Source of the DNA: Octopus sinensis
Lineage: Eukaryota
Reading direction: 5' to 3'
DNA length: 64,000 nucleotides
Assembly (NCBI RefSeq): GCF_006345805.1
Contig: NC_042997.1
Coordinates: forward strand, 140,182,001-140,246,000
Below the pieces are notes generated by a model, which saw only the letters and a list, made by a program, of their open reading frames with translations, was not told where the DNA came from and searched no databases. Both the position numbers and the translations under genes were made by a program. Each line of letters starts with the position of its first letter. Position 1 is the stretch's first letter. Shown here piece after piece: positions 26,401-40,700 of the stretch.

Positions 26401-28617
26401 GGGACTCCACCTTGAAAAAATTTTGGTCGAATGAATTGACCCCAGTAATTAATTTTTTTTTTTTTTGTTAAACCTGGTACTTATTCTATCATCCGTTTTG
26501 CCAAACCACTCAGTTATAGGATGTAAAACACCAACACCAGTTGTCAAAATGTGGTGGGGGACAAACGCATACACAAGGGGACACAGACACACACACATAT
26601 GATGGGCTTCTTCCTGAGGCTATAGTAGAAGACACAGTGGGACTGAATCCAGAACCATGCGACTAGGAAACAAGCTTCTTACCACACAACCATGTCTGTG
26701 CCTATAAACTAATTGATTTTCAAACCTTATTGGAGTCTCGTTAGAGACATCTATATGGGGTAAAATTACTTTCTGCAATTAACTAATAAAATTTTGAGCA
26801 GACATCTGCTTTCTGCATTTGAAAGGTCTTTTTACTCTCCACAGCATATTCTTACCCACCGCCTCCGTCACCTCCAATCCCCACTTAGATAGAAGGCTGA
26901 CTAAAATGATTTCTCATCACTATTTAAATATTTGTGTCAATTGATTTTATTAATGTTATTAATTACTGTTATATTTTCAGGATGATGAACATGACTGTCT
27001 GATGTGTCTCAAGTACATGTTGAGGTTCAAAGTAAGTTGTTGAGCTTTTGTACAATGTTACATTCAAATTGTAGAACCATATAACCTTCTTGAAAATTCT
27101 TACATCATACACCACACACACAGTCCAGTTTTTAATATTCTAAAGACACCACTTTTCTCTCTAACTTTTGATTCTATTATCTCTTTCAAACTGTGTTACT
27201 CATCTGAACCCACCTCTTTATTTTAATACTCATATAATTAAACCAGTGGAGTGTGTGTGTGCGTGCATGCACACATATAGTAGTGTGTGCGAGTAGTGGT
27301 GGTTGTAGCAGCAGCAGTAGTAGCTCAACTTGTTAATGTAGTAAACTAAGTCTTCTTCAACAAGTACTTTTACAGTCTTTACACTAGGGAACATGTTTCA
27401 AACCATCAATTTTGGGAGATATATATATATATATATCAAACACTTCAATCAAGCAGCTATCTTTTGCCATAAATCTGCTGGATCAGTCTCAACAAAGAAT
27501 ATCCTTCTCCAATGGCAGGAACAATTCTAACAATTTCATTACCTCAAATAGTCCTACTCTGCTCTGGCTTTACTCACCTCAACTCTCATATTCACTTCAG
27601 TATAATCTTCATTCTTGCACAATCATGAAGTCACTCAGTCATTCAAAGCTCTGATGAAATTCTTTATACTATCTGGTTTCATTTTTTATTCTTTGTTGAT
27701 TAAATCCTAATGAAATTGTTCTTATTCTTTCATATAATTAGGTATCAATAAAATAGGGTAATATACTGAGCTCAAATAGGACCTGTGCAATTAGACATGT
27801 ATACTCTTTGTCTTAATACCTTTGTTTCAGAAACTCACATTTGTTTAGTATATGTTTTTAACGTCTGATTTCACTGTATTCAAATTTTTACTTACCTTTT
27901 CCTATCCACCTTTAGGATTGATAAAACAAGTAACAGTTTTAATTTCTGGCCCTTAGATTATTTCTTCCTTACAAAATTTACTCTAATCTCACATAAAAGC
28001 ATCTAATTCTTTATCATATATATTTTTATTGTAATTTTCATGAAATAATACAATCATGTTTCTCTGTTTCCCTACTTTATAGGCAGCTATTCAAAAATTT
28101 TTGGATATCCGTCACAGTCTTGAAACAGTTTCACACAGTTTAATTAATGGCATAAGTAAAACCAAGCTGGCAGCTCTCCAGGTAAAATTTTTGTCATAAA
28201 TTTATAATTTTTATTTCAAACCTTTTTGATATCAAACCATCTGAGATCACTCATTCTATGACATCTGCTGTTGTTTAAAGTGATCTAAATTTAAAATAAT
28301 AATGAAATTATTGTGTATAGAGCTCAGGTGCACTACGCCTCATCAAACATGCTTGTAGTGTACATAGAATTATGTACAAAAGTCAGGAAAGTGAACAGTG
28401 AATGAGTCATGTTATACATGTGTGTATGCATATGGAGGGGGGGATATCAGGTATAATGTTGGCAAATTTCAGGAAGCATGGTGGTTTTAAAGGATGCAAT
28501 GTCTCAGCAACCTTCTATCAAAATTTCATGCAAATTTATTTTCCAAACATCATCTTAACCCTTTAGCATTCACAGTACTCTTGTACTGAGCAGTATTACT
28601 AGTTATGAAAGCCATAT

Positions 28618-28665
<48 letters not shown>

Positions 28666-31600
28666 CTCTTCTGTTGAAGATGATGTATGAATGTTCAGCT
28701 TTTGCTTAACGACCTGCACAAATGGTTTGTTTATTGTGATCAAATGTTCATGCCACACATTAGCTCACTCTCTCCATCAAAACAATGTTTTCTGAACTGG
28801 TGCATGGTGTGTCACTCATCAGGTGTTGAAGTAATCATAAAGCAATGCGGGATGAGGTTTTTTACTTGAAGAAACAACAGACCACTTGGTCTGAGAATTG
28901 AAATCACGATTGCTAGATCATGAGTGCAACACCCTAAACTCTAAGCCATATATCATATAATGCTTGTATATAAGGCACAAGCATGGTTTTGTGTTTGAGG
29001 GGATTTGTGGTTTCACATCCAGTCTCACAATGTAACACTGTAGGCAAGTGTTTTTCTACTGTAGTCCAGGGCCAACCAAAGCTTTGTGAATGGATTTGTG
29101 GATTTTATATAATAATAATAATAATGAAATTATTGTATACAGTGCTCAGGTGCACCACAACTTGTCAAAAGTGTGTATAAAGCGTATGCAGTAATGTACA
29201 AATGTCTGGGAAGGGAACAGTGTATGAGTCAGATATATGCTTGTGTATGTATGGAGGGGAGGAAATCAGGTGTAGTGTTGGCAAATCTCAGGAAGCTTGG
29301 AAGTTTTGAAGGATGCATTGCTCTGACAACTAACAACTGACGCCAGCAGTGTGTTCCATGCATCAGCAACTCTTAGCGTGGTGTGTGGAACTAGATTTCT
29401 GTTACTTGAGAAATCACTAAAGGTTAGTCGTAGAAAAGGTATCCAGCTGTAAAACGACATATTCATATAATCAATATTAGCATGGAAAAACAGTTGTAAA
29501 ATTGAGCAGGTAATAAAATATTGTGTATGTATGTGTATTTCTGTCTATATTGTGTATGTATGTGTATTTTTGTCTGAGTATGAACATAAATGTCATAGTA
29601 AACACTGTGCTATCAAGAAAGCTTCATACATGTTTTATCACTGTTTGTCTTTGTCATTAACATTATCCTGTTGTATATTATTTATATTAATTTTGATTAC
29701 TGTAATATATATATTTCATTTACAGATCTTTACTATCTGCTTAACTGAAGTGAATGGCCTCCATTGTGTTTTGGAAGCATTTTCATACATTTGTTTCAAG
29801 TTTGGGGAGCCCATGCGCTTTAAACTACTGATGAACATGTTAAAGAATACAACTTCTCAACAACTTAGCTTCCAGGTGCGTTGCCAAACATATTTCTTCG
29901 ATTCATTCAAGCATCCGTCCGTCCGTCCGTCCATCCATCCATCCATCCATCCATCTTCTCCACCCACTATTCCTAGGATGCTTGTTGGGGTTTAGTCCTC
30001 ACACTCCTGCTCCATAGGATCCTATCGGAAGCAACCATCATTACACTTTCTGGTTGGATTCGCAAGCATGACCAACTGAGACTGACAAATAAAAGGCACC
30101 CACTACACTCTGTGGAGTGGTTGGCATTTGGAAGAGCATCCAGCTGAAGAAACCAAGTCAAATCAGAATGGAGCCTGGTTCAGCTTTATGGCATGTCAGT
30201 CCCAGTTAAACCATCTAACCCATGCCAGCATGGAAAATGGATGCTAAATGATGATGATGATATTAATTTTGGTCTACCCCTAAGTCTTCAACCAGTTGAC
30301 TCAGCTTGAAGAATCCCTCTTGTGATTCTTTCCTGTGACATACTAATTACAATATCTGTAGAATGAGAGCATTGATCTCTCAATGCAGAGAAGTAGCAGC
30401 TTGACCTGGGGAGACTTTCTGATTTCTGAGCTAAGCAACCAGTCAAGTAATGTTACTTCAAAGATCCTTCAAAAGAACCCCGTTTCAGATGCTTATATTT
30501 AAAATTGTACTCATACAGTCATTATCCATCAATCATGACCATAGGTGATGATAGGCACAAAAATTCATTTGAAGATAACATGTTTCTTCCACCAATTTAA
30601 ACAGCTATGATGTTTTGATTGCTAATTTTATGGAGAAAAAAAATGAAGTAGAAAAAAATTAAAAGAATAAATGTAACCTACATATTTTAAAAAATTATTT
30701 CTTTACAAGTTTTTTTTTTCTCTTAAACAGTAAGAGAGAAGCCTCTCTGCGCTAATACTGCCTCTGCCACTAAAATTTATTTTCTAATCAGTTTGTTACA
30801 TAAGCCTTTAGCATTGAAACTGTTCATATCTGGCCAAAATATTCTATCTGTTTTATGTTTAAATTGGCTAGATCCTGCCTCTCACACCTATCCTACAAAG
30901 TCATTCTAAAAATAAACAGTCACATCATTGAAATCTTACTGCTATGAAATAAGCGATGATTAATTCCAAGCAATGTAAACAAATTAGCAGTACATTTGAT
31001 AGAATAATCTGAATGCTAAAGGCTTAAAGTTATTTTGAATTAAGATATTTAGAAACCATATCTTTATTTACAATAATTTTGTTTCTTTTTCTCTCTCATA
31101 GGTGGCATGTTTGAGATTTGCTAATACCATGTTAAATGCAACATCAACCCTTAATCATCGAGTTTTTCTGCAACATCAGTTGCTGGCAGCTGGCTTAGAT
31201 ATTGATTTCTTAGAAAAGGTATGTAAATTTCATACTAGTATTTAATTAAGATCTTGTACAATTTATACTAGATTTTTCTTTTTACTCAATGTAATTTAAG
31301 CCTGTTGTTCCCATCAAATTGTTATACATACATACATACTTAGATACATACATACATCCATATGAACATGTGTGTATGTGTGTATATGTATATGCATGTG
31401 TGTGTATGTATGTCTGTGTGTATATATATTGTCCCGCCCATGCCAGCATGAAAAGCGGACGTTAAATGATGATGATGATGATAATATATACATATCTATG
31501 GACCCTTTTGATTCCTATTTACTCTGATGGACCTTCCTAACCATTCAATGTTTTAAAAAATCCTCTTATATTTTTGTAAAAAAATTGTTAAAATATTTTG

Positions 31601-34600
31601 TGTATTGTAAATGTAAATTTTTTCCCAAATAAAATGTACTTCATATTTAATGCTCTGATGAAGCTATAAGGTGTTACTCAGGCACTCAACTATGAGCACA
31701 CTGCATCTTATAGCAGAAACAACTGTAAGCTAATGAAGTTCATAAGATAATCATTAATTCCTTTGTCATCTCATTTTCTTATCGCTGCTCTGTACTCATT
31801 CTGAAGCAGTGTATATTGAGGTTATTAACCAGGTTAAATTTCAGATAAATTTTAATAAAAAAATCTTATATGGACCTCCACAAGGGCCATATGAACCCCG
31901 GTTGAAAACCACTGGTTTAGTGATAATGATATAATAAGAATTTAGAAATTTCAAGAAAATATGGAATAATTCATTTTTGCAACATTGGAGCTTGAAGCAG
32001 ATAAGCTATAAATAATAGCATGTAAATATTAGATTAAAACTCTTTGAACAGAAAAGTCAAAAGCTGTCCATGGAATACATAGGGCAGCCCTTGACTTATC
32101 TCATCCAAAGCATTTTTAACTTTACATTTATACATAATTATTTATCTGCTTCAAGATCTAGTGTTCCAAAAAAGAATATACTGTTAAGTTTTCAATAGTA
32201 CATTCATTTAAATTTACTTTCTTTCCCATTTATTAGCAAGAAACTGAGGGAAATGGTTGCGATCTGGCTGAGCTTCATCATGAAATTACTAATTGGAAGA
32301 CCAATTTCGTCAATGTTGAAAGCATTCAAGAGGAACAAATAATGGCTGAAAGCAGAAATTCAATTCTTCGTCGAGAGGTAAGAAAAATGTTTACAGTATT
32401 ACATTTGACCCATTTTGATTGTTTGACCTATTTTGATTATTATATAAAGCACAAATCAGTCGATCATGTTGGGAATGGTTTAGGGATTCTGTTACTACTT
32501 CACATATGTTTCAGTTTTCTGTTTTGGCTCTTTCATTGATTAATACCTTCTTATATGAAAACAACACATAAAGTCACATAGCCTGGTGGTTAGGATGTTG
32601 CACTTGCAATTGGAAGATTGTGGTTTCAATTCACAGACCAATGGTTTGTTGTGTTCTTGAGTAAAACACTTCATTTCCCATTGCTCCTGTCCACTCAGCT
32701 GTAAATAGATAACCTTTTGGTGGGACTGGCATTTCATCCAAGGGGATGTCAATCTGGTCACCTAACCAGTGGTGTGGCATCATTCAAAGGATACAACAAT
32801 GCAAAGAAGTGCATTGTGACCAGTGGTGCATAACAACATCTGATAGTCTGGTGAATGCAGTGATAATAGTACAGCATCTCAGGTGTATCAAGGAAGAAAA
32901 AAACAATTAATAATGTATTGGAATCAGATAAATTCATTCATTTTCATACCCATTTATTTTAATCCTTTCCATTTCAATTAACATGGAAAATACTTCTACT
33001 GTAGTGTTGTATGCTGTTTTTTATTATTATAGCTCTATTCTTCCTCTACAACTTTTGTTATCACTTTTGAAATTTGAATAAACTTTACTGCTTTTCAGGC
33101 ATATAACTATAGAATGCCCAGGAGGAAAAAAAAAATGAATTTATCTGACTGCCCAATCCATGCCTTTCACAAGGACCTTAACATTGTCACTGAAATTGCT
33201 TCTATTGTTGCAGATGTGGCTTATTAACTGTTTACTACTTCCCCTCTTTATGTGAAGGCTTGGCTCAGTGGTTAAGAGGATATAATTCAGAGAAATACTA
33301 TTTATATATCTATTTATACAAAAAAGTAAATTTTTTCCCAAATAAAATGTACCTCATATTTAATGCTCTGATGAAGCTATAAGGTGTTACTCAGGCACTC
33401 AACTATGAGCACACTGCATCTTATAGCAGAAACAACTGTAAGCTAATGAAGTTCATAAGATAATCATTAATTCCTTTGTCATCTCATTTTCTTATCGCTG
33501 CTCTGTACTCATTCTGAAGCAGTGTATATTGAGGTTATTAGCCAGGTTATTAGCCTTGCAATGCCTTAGTGAAATATCAAAATATCTATTTACTTAATCA
33601 TATCTTTGTAGAAACTAAAAGCATCAATTTCCTCAATATCTTTATGTGTATTTTAATATTCATTTATTTTGTCTTACAGGTGGATATTCTTCAAACAAAA
33701 ATGAAAGTAAGTACTCAATAATGTTTATTATACTAGCACTGCTTCTATTTAATATTTAAATTTGTTTTTACATATACATTGCTCAGGTATTCTCACACAT
33801 ACTTTCCCCGCTGAATTCATAGAAGTTGTGGACTGGTGAAATGATTCATCTCTGATCCTGTTTGGGCACATGATGTTGATAAGCCACAAAAATGGCAAAA
33901 CATCAATGTCCATCATTCCTAGATGGGATTAGAGGTGAGTTACCTCACCTGTCCATTACTTTCAGGTGTATTAACACCTGACGCTTTGAGAGAGTATTCT
34001 CTACCATACTATATCAGAGCAAATACACAAGCCATGTATGTTAAGCATATGTGGTTGATAATGTTTGTTACATGAGCACTACTTCTATTTCATATTTGAA
34101 TTTATTCTGAAGTACTTATAATTTGTTTTTGTATTCACTTTGCAAGACACTCTAGAAAAGTTGTAACTGGTAATGCTTCTAAAATACTTCTAAAAATAAT
34201 ATCTTTTAGTCATTTGATTTTGTATTATACATTCTTTGAGCCATTGCTGGGCATAATGACATTTTAATTAATATTTGTATCTTGGTACTTTCAGAATATT
34301 GAAAATGATTTTGAATCTTCAAAAAGTCATCTTACTGAGGTAAGCATTCATAGTTTATATAAAAAAGTTTTATTCAATAAAGTGTGACTTGCTGCTCAAT
34401 GATTTCATGAAAAAAGAATTCCAAAAGTGAATACCTGGTGGGTTATGACTTTCAGAGAGCTTTTCCAATAATGCTTTGTTTAAAATATATTTTCTCTGAA
34501 GCCTTTTGTGCATACATATATATGAGGGGTTAAAGTATGAGAGAAGGGGCAAGAGTATAGCAGATTTCTTGCTGTAGAGAAGCTACATGACTACACACAC

Positions 34601-34713
34601 ACATGTATATTCACATGCTTTTTCATTTTCCCTCTCTCCATATATATATGTATATATACACACACACATTATGTGTGTTTATCGATCTATGTATCAGTCT
34701 GTCTATCTATCTA

Positions 34714-34783
<70 letters not shown>

Positions 34784-37700
34784 AATAATAGTGCAAACTC
34801 AATGCAAATTTGTAATATTTCACAGAGTAAATATTAAATATATAAACAACAATTTTTCATCTATGTTCATGTATATATCTATGATGTGTGTATGTATATG
34901 TATATATAATTTTTTGCCTCTTTCTCTTTTTTTAGGCCAGTAAAAAATCAAAAGATTATCAAGAAAGAGTCTTTGAATTACAAGAAAAAATGGAAACATT
35001 AATGGTGAGTACAAAATGTATATTTGGTATATTCAGTAACTACTGTTGTTAGAAAGAAAATAATTATATCCTTCTTTAAAGAATACATGTTCCAGTTCCT
35101 TGAAAACTGGAATAATCTCTTGTACTCTGCCTTAACATTCGGAAAAATGATGGTAAATTTTTTTTTAAATCGTAGACTCATCGTAGACGCGCGCTAATAC
35201 CCAGAAGGGCTCGATATGAATCACGACTATAAGACACCGGCTTTTGGTTAAACTGCACCGCAAAATGTGGGAGTAGTTAGGAATCTAAATCGGAGTAGAC
35301 AGACACACACACACACAACTTTAGTTTTATATATAAAGATATATATATGGTAGGCATATGTGTGTGGTTGTCTCCCACAACCAGTTCACAACCAGTGTTA
35401 ATTTGTTTATGTCCCTGTAACTGAGGAGTTTGATAAAAGAGTTTGATTAAATAGGTATCAGGCTTTAAAGATAAGTACTGGGGTTGATTTGTTCAACTAA
35501 AACCTTTCAAGGCAATGCCCTAGCATGGAGACAGTCCAATGACTGAAACAAGTAAAAGAAGGAACATTCAAGTTAAAGAATAAAGATATGAACCATTAAT
35601 TCAAGAAGGGGTTTTATTGCATTCCAAGTTTCATTAACACAATGCTACACAGATTAAGTCTGTTTATCTTTCTTTGGTGGTGTAGATTTTAGAAGAGAGA
35701 TCACAGGTGTGAAATACTTACTTAGTTCTTTGATATCTGTATTGTGACATGTTTTCTTATTTTTTTTACCTGCTCTTAACTTATCTTATAAATTTTCATT
35801 GAAATCTTAGCAATTATACGAAGAAAAAACTGGACAACTTGCAGGCAAAAATATAGTTGCAGATGTATTGCGTTCTGTGGAAGCCCCAGAGTTTTCACCA
35901 GTGCGTCGAGATAGCGCTGCTTCAGTTACTTCAGCAGTATCACATGCTATTCCTGGTAATTATATGTTTTTTCAACTATATGGTTATCAGCTGCTCTCCT
36001 AGGTCTTTTGCTCTCTCCTTCTCTCTCATATATATATATATATATATGTGTGTATGTGTGTGTGTGTGTGTAAGTGTATGTATATATATATATCTGTATA
36101 TATGTATATGTGCATGTGTGTATATATAAATATTATTTACAAAATAACAAGATGGAATGAACAGGCTTTGAAATGCATATTATGAGGTTATTACTCAGAT
36201 GATATTAAATACACACACACACATACTCAAGCATTGTTTTGTTAAATAAGGTAAGCCCTCTAACACTCTAACTCTGCAGTCAATCTAGTTGCAATTGATA
36301 TTGCTGGCCAGCAGGAGTAGGCAATACCTTCATAGCTGCATTATAGGCCGCTGGGCAAATCAGTTCACTCGGCCCTATAGTATTTATTGACAACAAACCA
36401 CTGTATACATAGATTTGAATTCGTTTCCTAAACTCATGGGACCACACTTGCAGCTGTTCAGTGTGTCTTTGCCTCAAAATGGCATTGTGAGCAGGAGATA
36501 CATTTTGCTGAGCAACTCCACTACATATACATATTAAGACTCACTTTAACTTGACAGATGTAAGATTCTGAATCTGTTTGCAATATTTTCTTTTCTTCTC
36601 TTTCCTTCATACAAAAATCTGTCATTCTTTTGCGCTTCCATTTTCTATATTATCTGATACATTCCATTTCAGCTCCTCCACCGGTACCACCAATCAGGGA
36701 GAATAACTCTAATTACTCATCCAAAAGAAAATTTGAACCTAAAGTTAATTTACCAGTCTTAAATTGGCTCCCATTGAGCAATGTTCGAAAAACAATTTTT
36801 GAAGTAAGTCCTTTGAAGAAAATAAACGTCTTTCATATTCTCATGATCAATTATTATATTCAAAGTGGTACACCAGCTTGGACATAGTCCAATGATTGAA
36901 ACAAGTAAAAGTCAGGTACATTAGATAGATGGTTGTTAACACTTACATCACAGTCAGAAACCTTATCAACAGCTCTTTGCTCTTTATTCTCAAACAAATG
37001 CTGAATATATTTTTTGCTAACTATTTATGCTTTTAAGTATGCACAAACACACACACACATACACCCACACACACATGCACCCCACACACAAACTAATTCA
37101 TACATGTAATACATATTTATATACCCTGGCACCTGTATACAAACATACTTCCTTTGTAAGTCTTTGGACTCTGAAGTTGGGTCAAGTATCTCTATCCATT
37201 TATAAACTTTGTTGGATGCAAAAAGATTTATTTTTGACTAGTTTATGCAAAAATGTGCACAATCTGAGAAAAATAACACCTATCAATAAAGTTATCAAAT
37301 ATATTCAGCTCAGGAAATGGACAATGGATGATAGGATAGAAGAAAGCGAAGACAGGTTTTCTGTGATGGCTGAGTAATATTTTATGTATTGTTTCAGGAA
37401 CTCAGTGATGATGTTGTATACCAAGAAATTGATTTCTCTGATTTTGAAACCAAATTCCAGATTTCTAATAACAATACCAATGCTTTCAACCGATCTTTTA
37501 AATGTAAGTACTACAAATTATTATAGTTAACTTTTTCAATTTCAGTATATGTTACATCGTGTGTGTGTTTGTGTGTGTGTATAGGTATTATTATGGGGAC
37601 ACTGATGAGGTAAAGTGTATGATTTCATTGGTTCTATAACTATTATGTAATTATTTCAGCATTTTGTTGAAACATGTGTATGACCTATAAAGCATTGAAT

Positions 37701-40700
37701 ACCATACATGTTTTCTGCTTATTATTATTATTTCGATTATATGCCTTAAGAAAGTTTGCCTAACTGTTAATGATAAATTTTTGTCTTTCAAATGGAAGGA
37801 AAGTTAAACCTCAGTTTGTCAACTTTGCCTTTCATTCTTATGTAGTTCTTAAAATATATCGATCCCAGTCAAGTATTGGGGTCGATTTGATATACCTATT
37901 AATCATCCTAGATTCGAATGGAATTATTAATAGGAAATGAAAAATACTTAATTTGTGACTGATATATATAAATGTGATTACCATAACATTGCGCAGGATC
38001 GTAAGTTATGTTATGTAGGGGAAATAACTACAATTTAGTTGCATATATAAAATTATAAATGTGCCAAGGGAAATAAATCTACTGAACATAGAACTCGAGC
38101 TGTATAACGTGTTGATCTCACATTCAAATGTATGTTTTAATAGCTCCTTTGTATTATACTATTATACCCTTTTCTTCATTAGGATTTAATTTTAAAAATC
38201 AACTAATTAGTTTGAATTTCAAACTATAGTCATTTTTACCTTTTCTTTTGGTAGTTTCAGTCAAGTAGACTGAGAACATACTGTATTAATTTTATTACTT
38301 TATGAAAACTGTTTTTATTTGTTTTAATAGCTGTTCGCAAATTAAAAAACAGACTGAAGGTGTTGGATAATCATCGTGCGAGAAATTTAGGTATGTTATT
38401 TCTGTATATTTTACATTAGTTTTACAATTTCAGTTTTTGAAGACACAACTTATTAGATGCATATTTTGTTTGTTAGCAACTAAATACCCTCAATATCATG
38501 CTATTTATTTTTTTTTAAAGATAAAGAATTTAGTCCTACTGTTTGGCATCTTGGGCCAATATCTTCTACTATAGCCCTTGATAGACAAAAACTTCATGGA
38601 AGTGTCGTGTGTGTGTGTTACTGTCTCCTTGCTTTGACTTCATATGGTAGTTGTAAATGAATGTCACCATCATACAAGCATTTCTTTCATTTCCAATCTT
38701 CCATGCAAACATGCCAAATCAAATACTACCTTACTTGGAAACAGATGGGGGTTTGTGACAGGAAAGGTATCCAGCTGTAAAAAATTCTGTCCAACCTATA
38801 CAAACATGGAAAAGTGGTCATTAAAATGATGATGATGATGATGATGAAATCAATAGTAAGCAATTAAAAAAATACTGATGTTTCTTTCATGTTGGTGATG
38901 TCAGGATTTTGTGTGGATGTAGTTTGGCAGGCTGTTTTGAAACGTTCTTTAAATAAGATTCTTGATGTGAAATTGTGTGTTGAAACAGATTGCGAAGTCC
39001 ATACATCAGTGAAATGTCATTAGCTACAGCTTGGAAATTGTTGGCCATGTGTTTCTTTAGTCCTCAGATGTTTGACCACATCATGACGTGAGCATTGAGG
39101 ATCTTTCTTCTCTCCTCATGCACTTGTAATGTTGTTTCTCTTATGTTGGAGATGTAGGGTTGCATTGCTTGGATGTAGCTTGGCACGTTGTCTATCGATA
39201 TTCTGCTGGACTTATCTGTGGGGAGGTACACAACCTCCCTATTCTTTGCGCATTGTATGAGTTTATGCAAGCCACATGCGAATTCTTAAACCACAGAATA
39301 TAGTGTTTTTCAGCATCTTGCTATCCTGGTTGATGCTCATGTTGTTACATTTATGTATTTATTTTGCAAGATTCTTGATGTGACATTTTCCTTTTGTGTA
39401 TTTTTAACCTATGCCTTTCTTCAACGCCTGTTTTCCAGTTATAACTCAAAGAAAGATTGGTCACTCTGCCCATCAAATACGTGAATATATTGACAAATAT
39501 GACACTAAAAATCTCCATGGAGACTATGCGGAACTTCTATTAAAATATGTGCCTACCAAAGATGAAGTAAGCTTTATTGTTGTTTTGTTGTTGTTGTTTT
39601 TCTTTCTTTCATATTTATGCATTCTTAGCTTCAGTTATATAGTAATTTCTACTGAACACACCTATAGAGCTGACAAATGAACCTCCATGCTGGTCGTTCA
39701 ACCAGCTAGAAATAGCAGTCAGATTTCCATCACATCACATTCTGTTATTAAGAAAGAATGGATACATTGAGTACCATAGTTCGAAATATATAAAAGATTC
39801 GATTGTTACAGCTATAGCAAAAACAGCATACACTCATACACACACACACACCATGTATGTGTGAGGGAGAACACAATATTACAAGCACAGTAGAAGCTTT
39901 TGCTTTATTCTTTCATTGCAATATGGTCAGAAGTTTCAACTTGCATCACTACAAAAGAAATATGATCAGTTCTATCTATCTATATATTTGTTTGAGAATA
40001 GTACAATTGAACAATGTCACTTTGTATTTTACTGAAACTAAGACAATAAAATATACAAAAAATAGTGGCTGTTATTGTTATATAAATTGATTATAAGGAG
40101 AAATACATTGTTATTTTTGCAATACACTACTAAATACATGAAATAAATCATTGCTCATGTTTATGGGGAAAACTGTGACAATATTTTTGACAACCAAGTG
40201 AGGGCTTTTATCATTGTTATATGTTTTATATGGTCTTCATGATTATTGTACTCATTCAGTTATTATTTTACTTCTTTCTCTTCAGGCAAAGATTCTTTCC
40301 AGATATTCCAAAGACTATTTCACATTGGATATGTCAGAACAGCTTATGTATCAGGTAGGCTTCAATTTTATCAATATATTTAAAAAATGTACGTGATAAG
40401 TAGCTTGTCTGTTAATGAATAATTGATTAATAACTGATCTCAATAATATTTTGTCAAAGAAATATGACTTTCTGTATGTAACAAAATGATTATCACCATC
40501 TAAGGACCATTTTAATGCTTGTAAAATTATCATTAGGAAGGCAAATGATGCCATTGTGTATAACAAGCTCTCCTGTTTCACTTAAATCTGTCTCTTACTT
40601 CCCATATTGTAGTCAGGCTTCTTGATTCCTCAGCTACAGGATCAATATTAACCATGTAGAATCCTTCTTCCAGCGCCATTCCTCAACCAACATAACCCTG

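Larger units (their letters stand above)
31495..31915 (-). mobile_element. hAT-like MITE remnant interrupted by the 224-bp hammerhead-bearing segment
   Basis: Right end ...atggacctccacaagggccatatgaaccccggttgaaaaccactg (CAGTGGTT terminus on the minus strand). Confidence 0.5.

Noticed and set aside
27650-27720. CTGATGAA ... GAAAT as a further hammerhead
   Set aside because: No stem II complementarity and no GAAAC/NUH arrangement.
36270-36520. Minus-strand ORF with NTIGPSELICPAA, faintly like hAT/Buster transposase HTIAEELILPAA
   Set aside because: The similarity is too short and does not extend.
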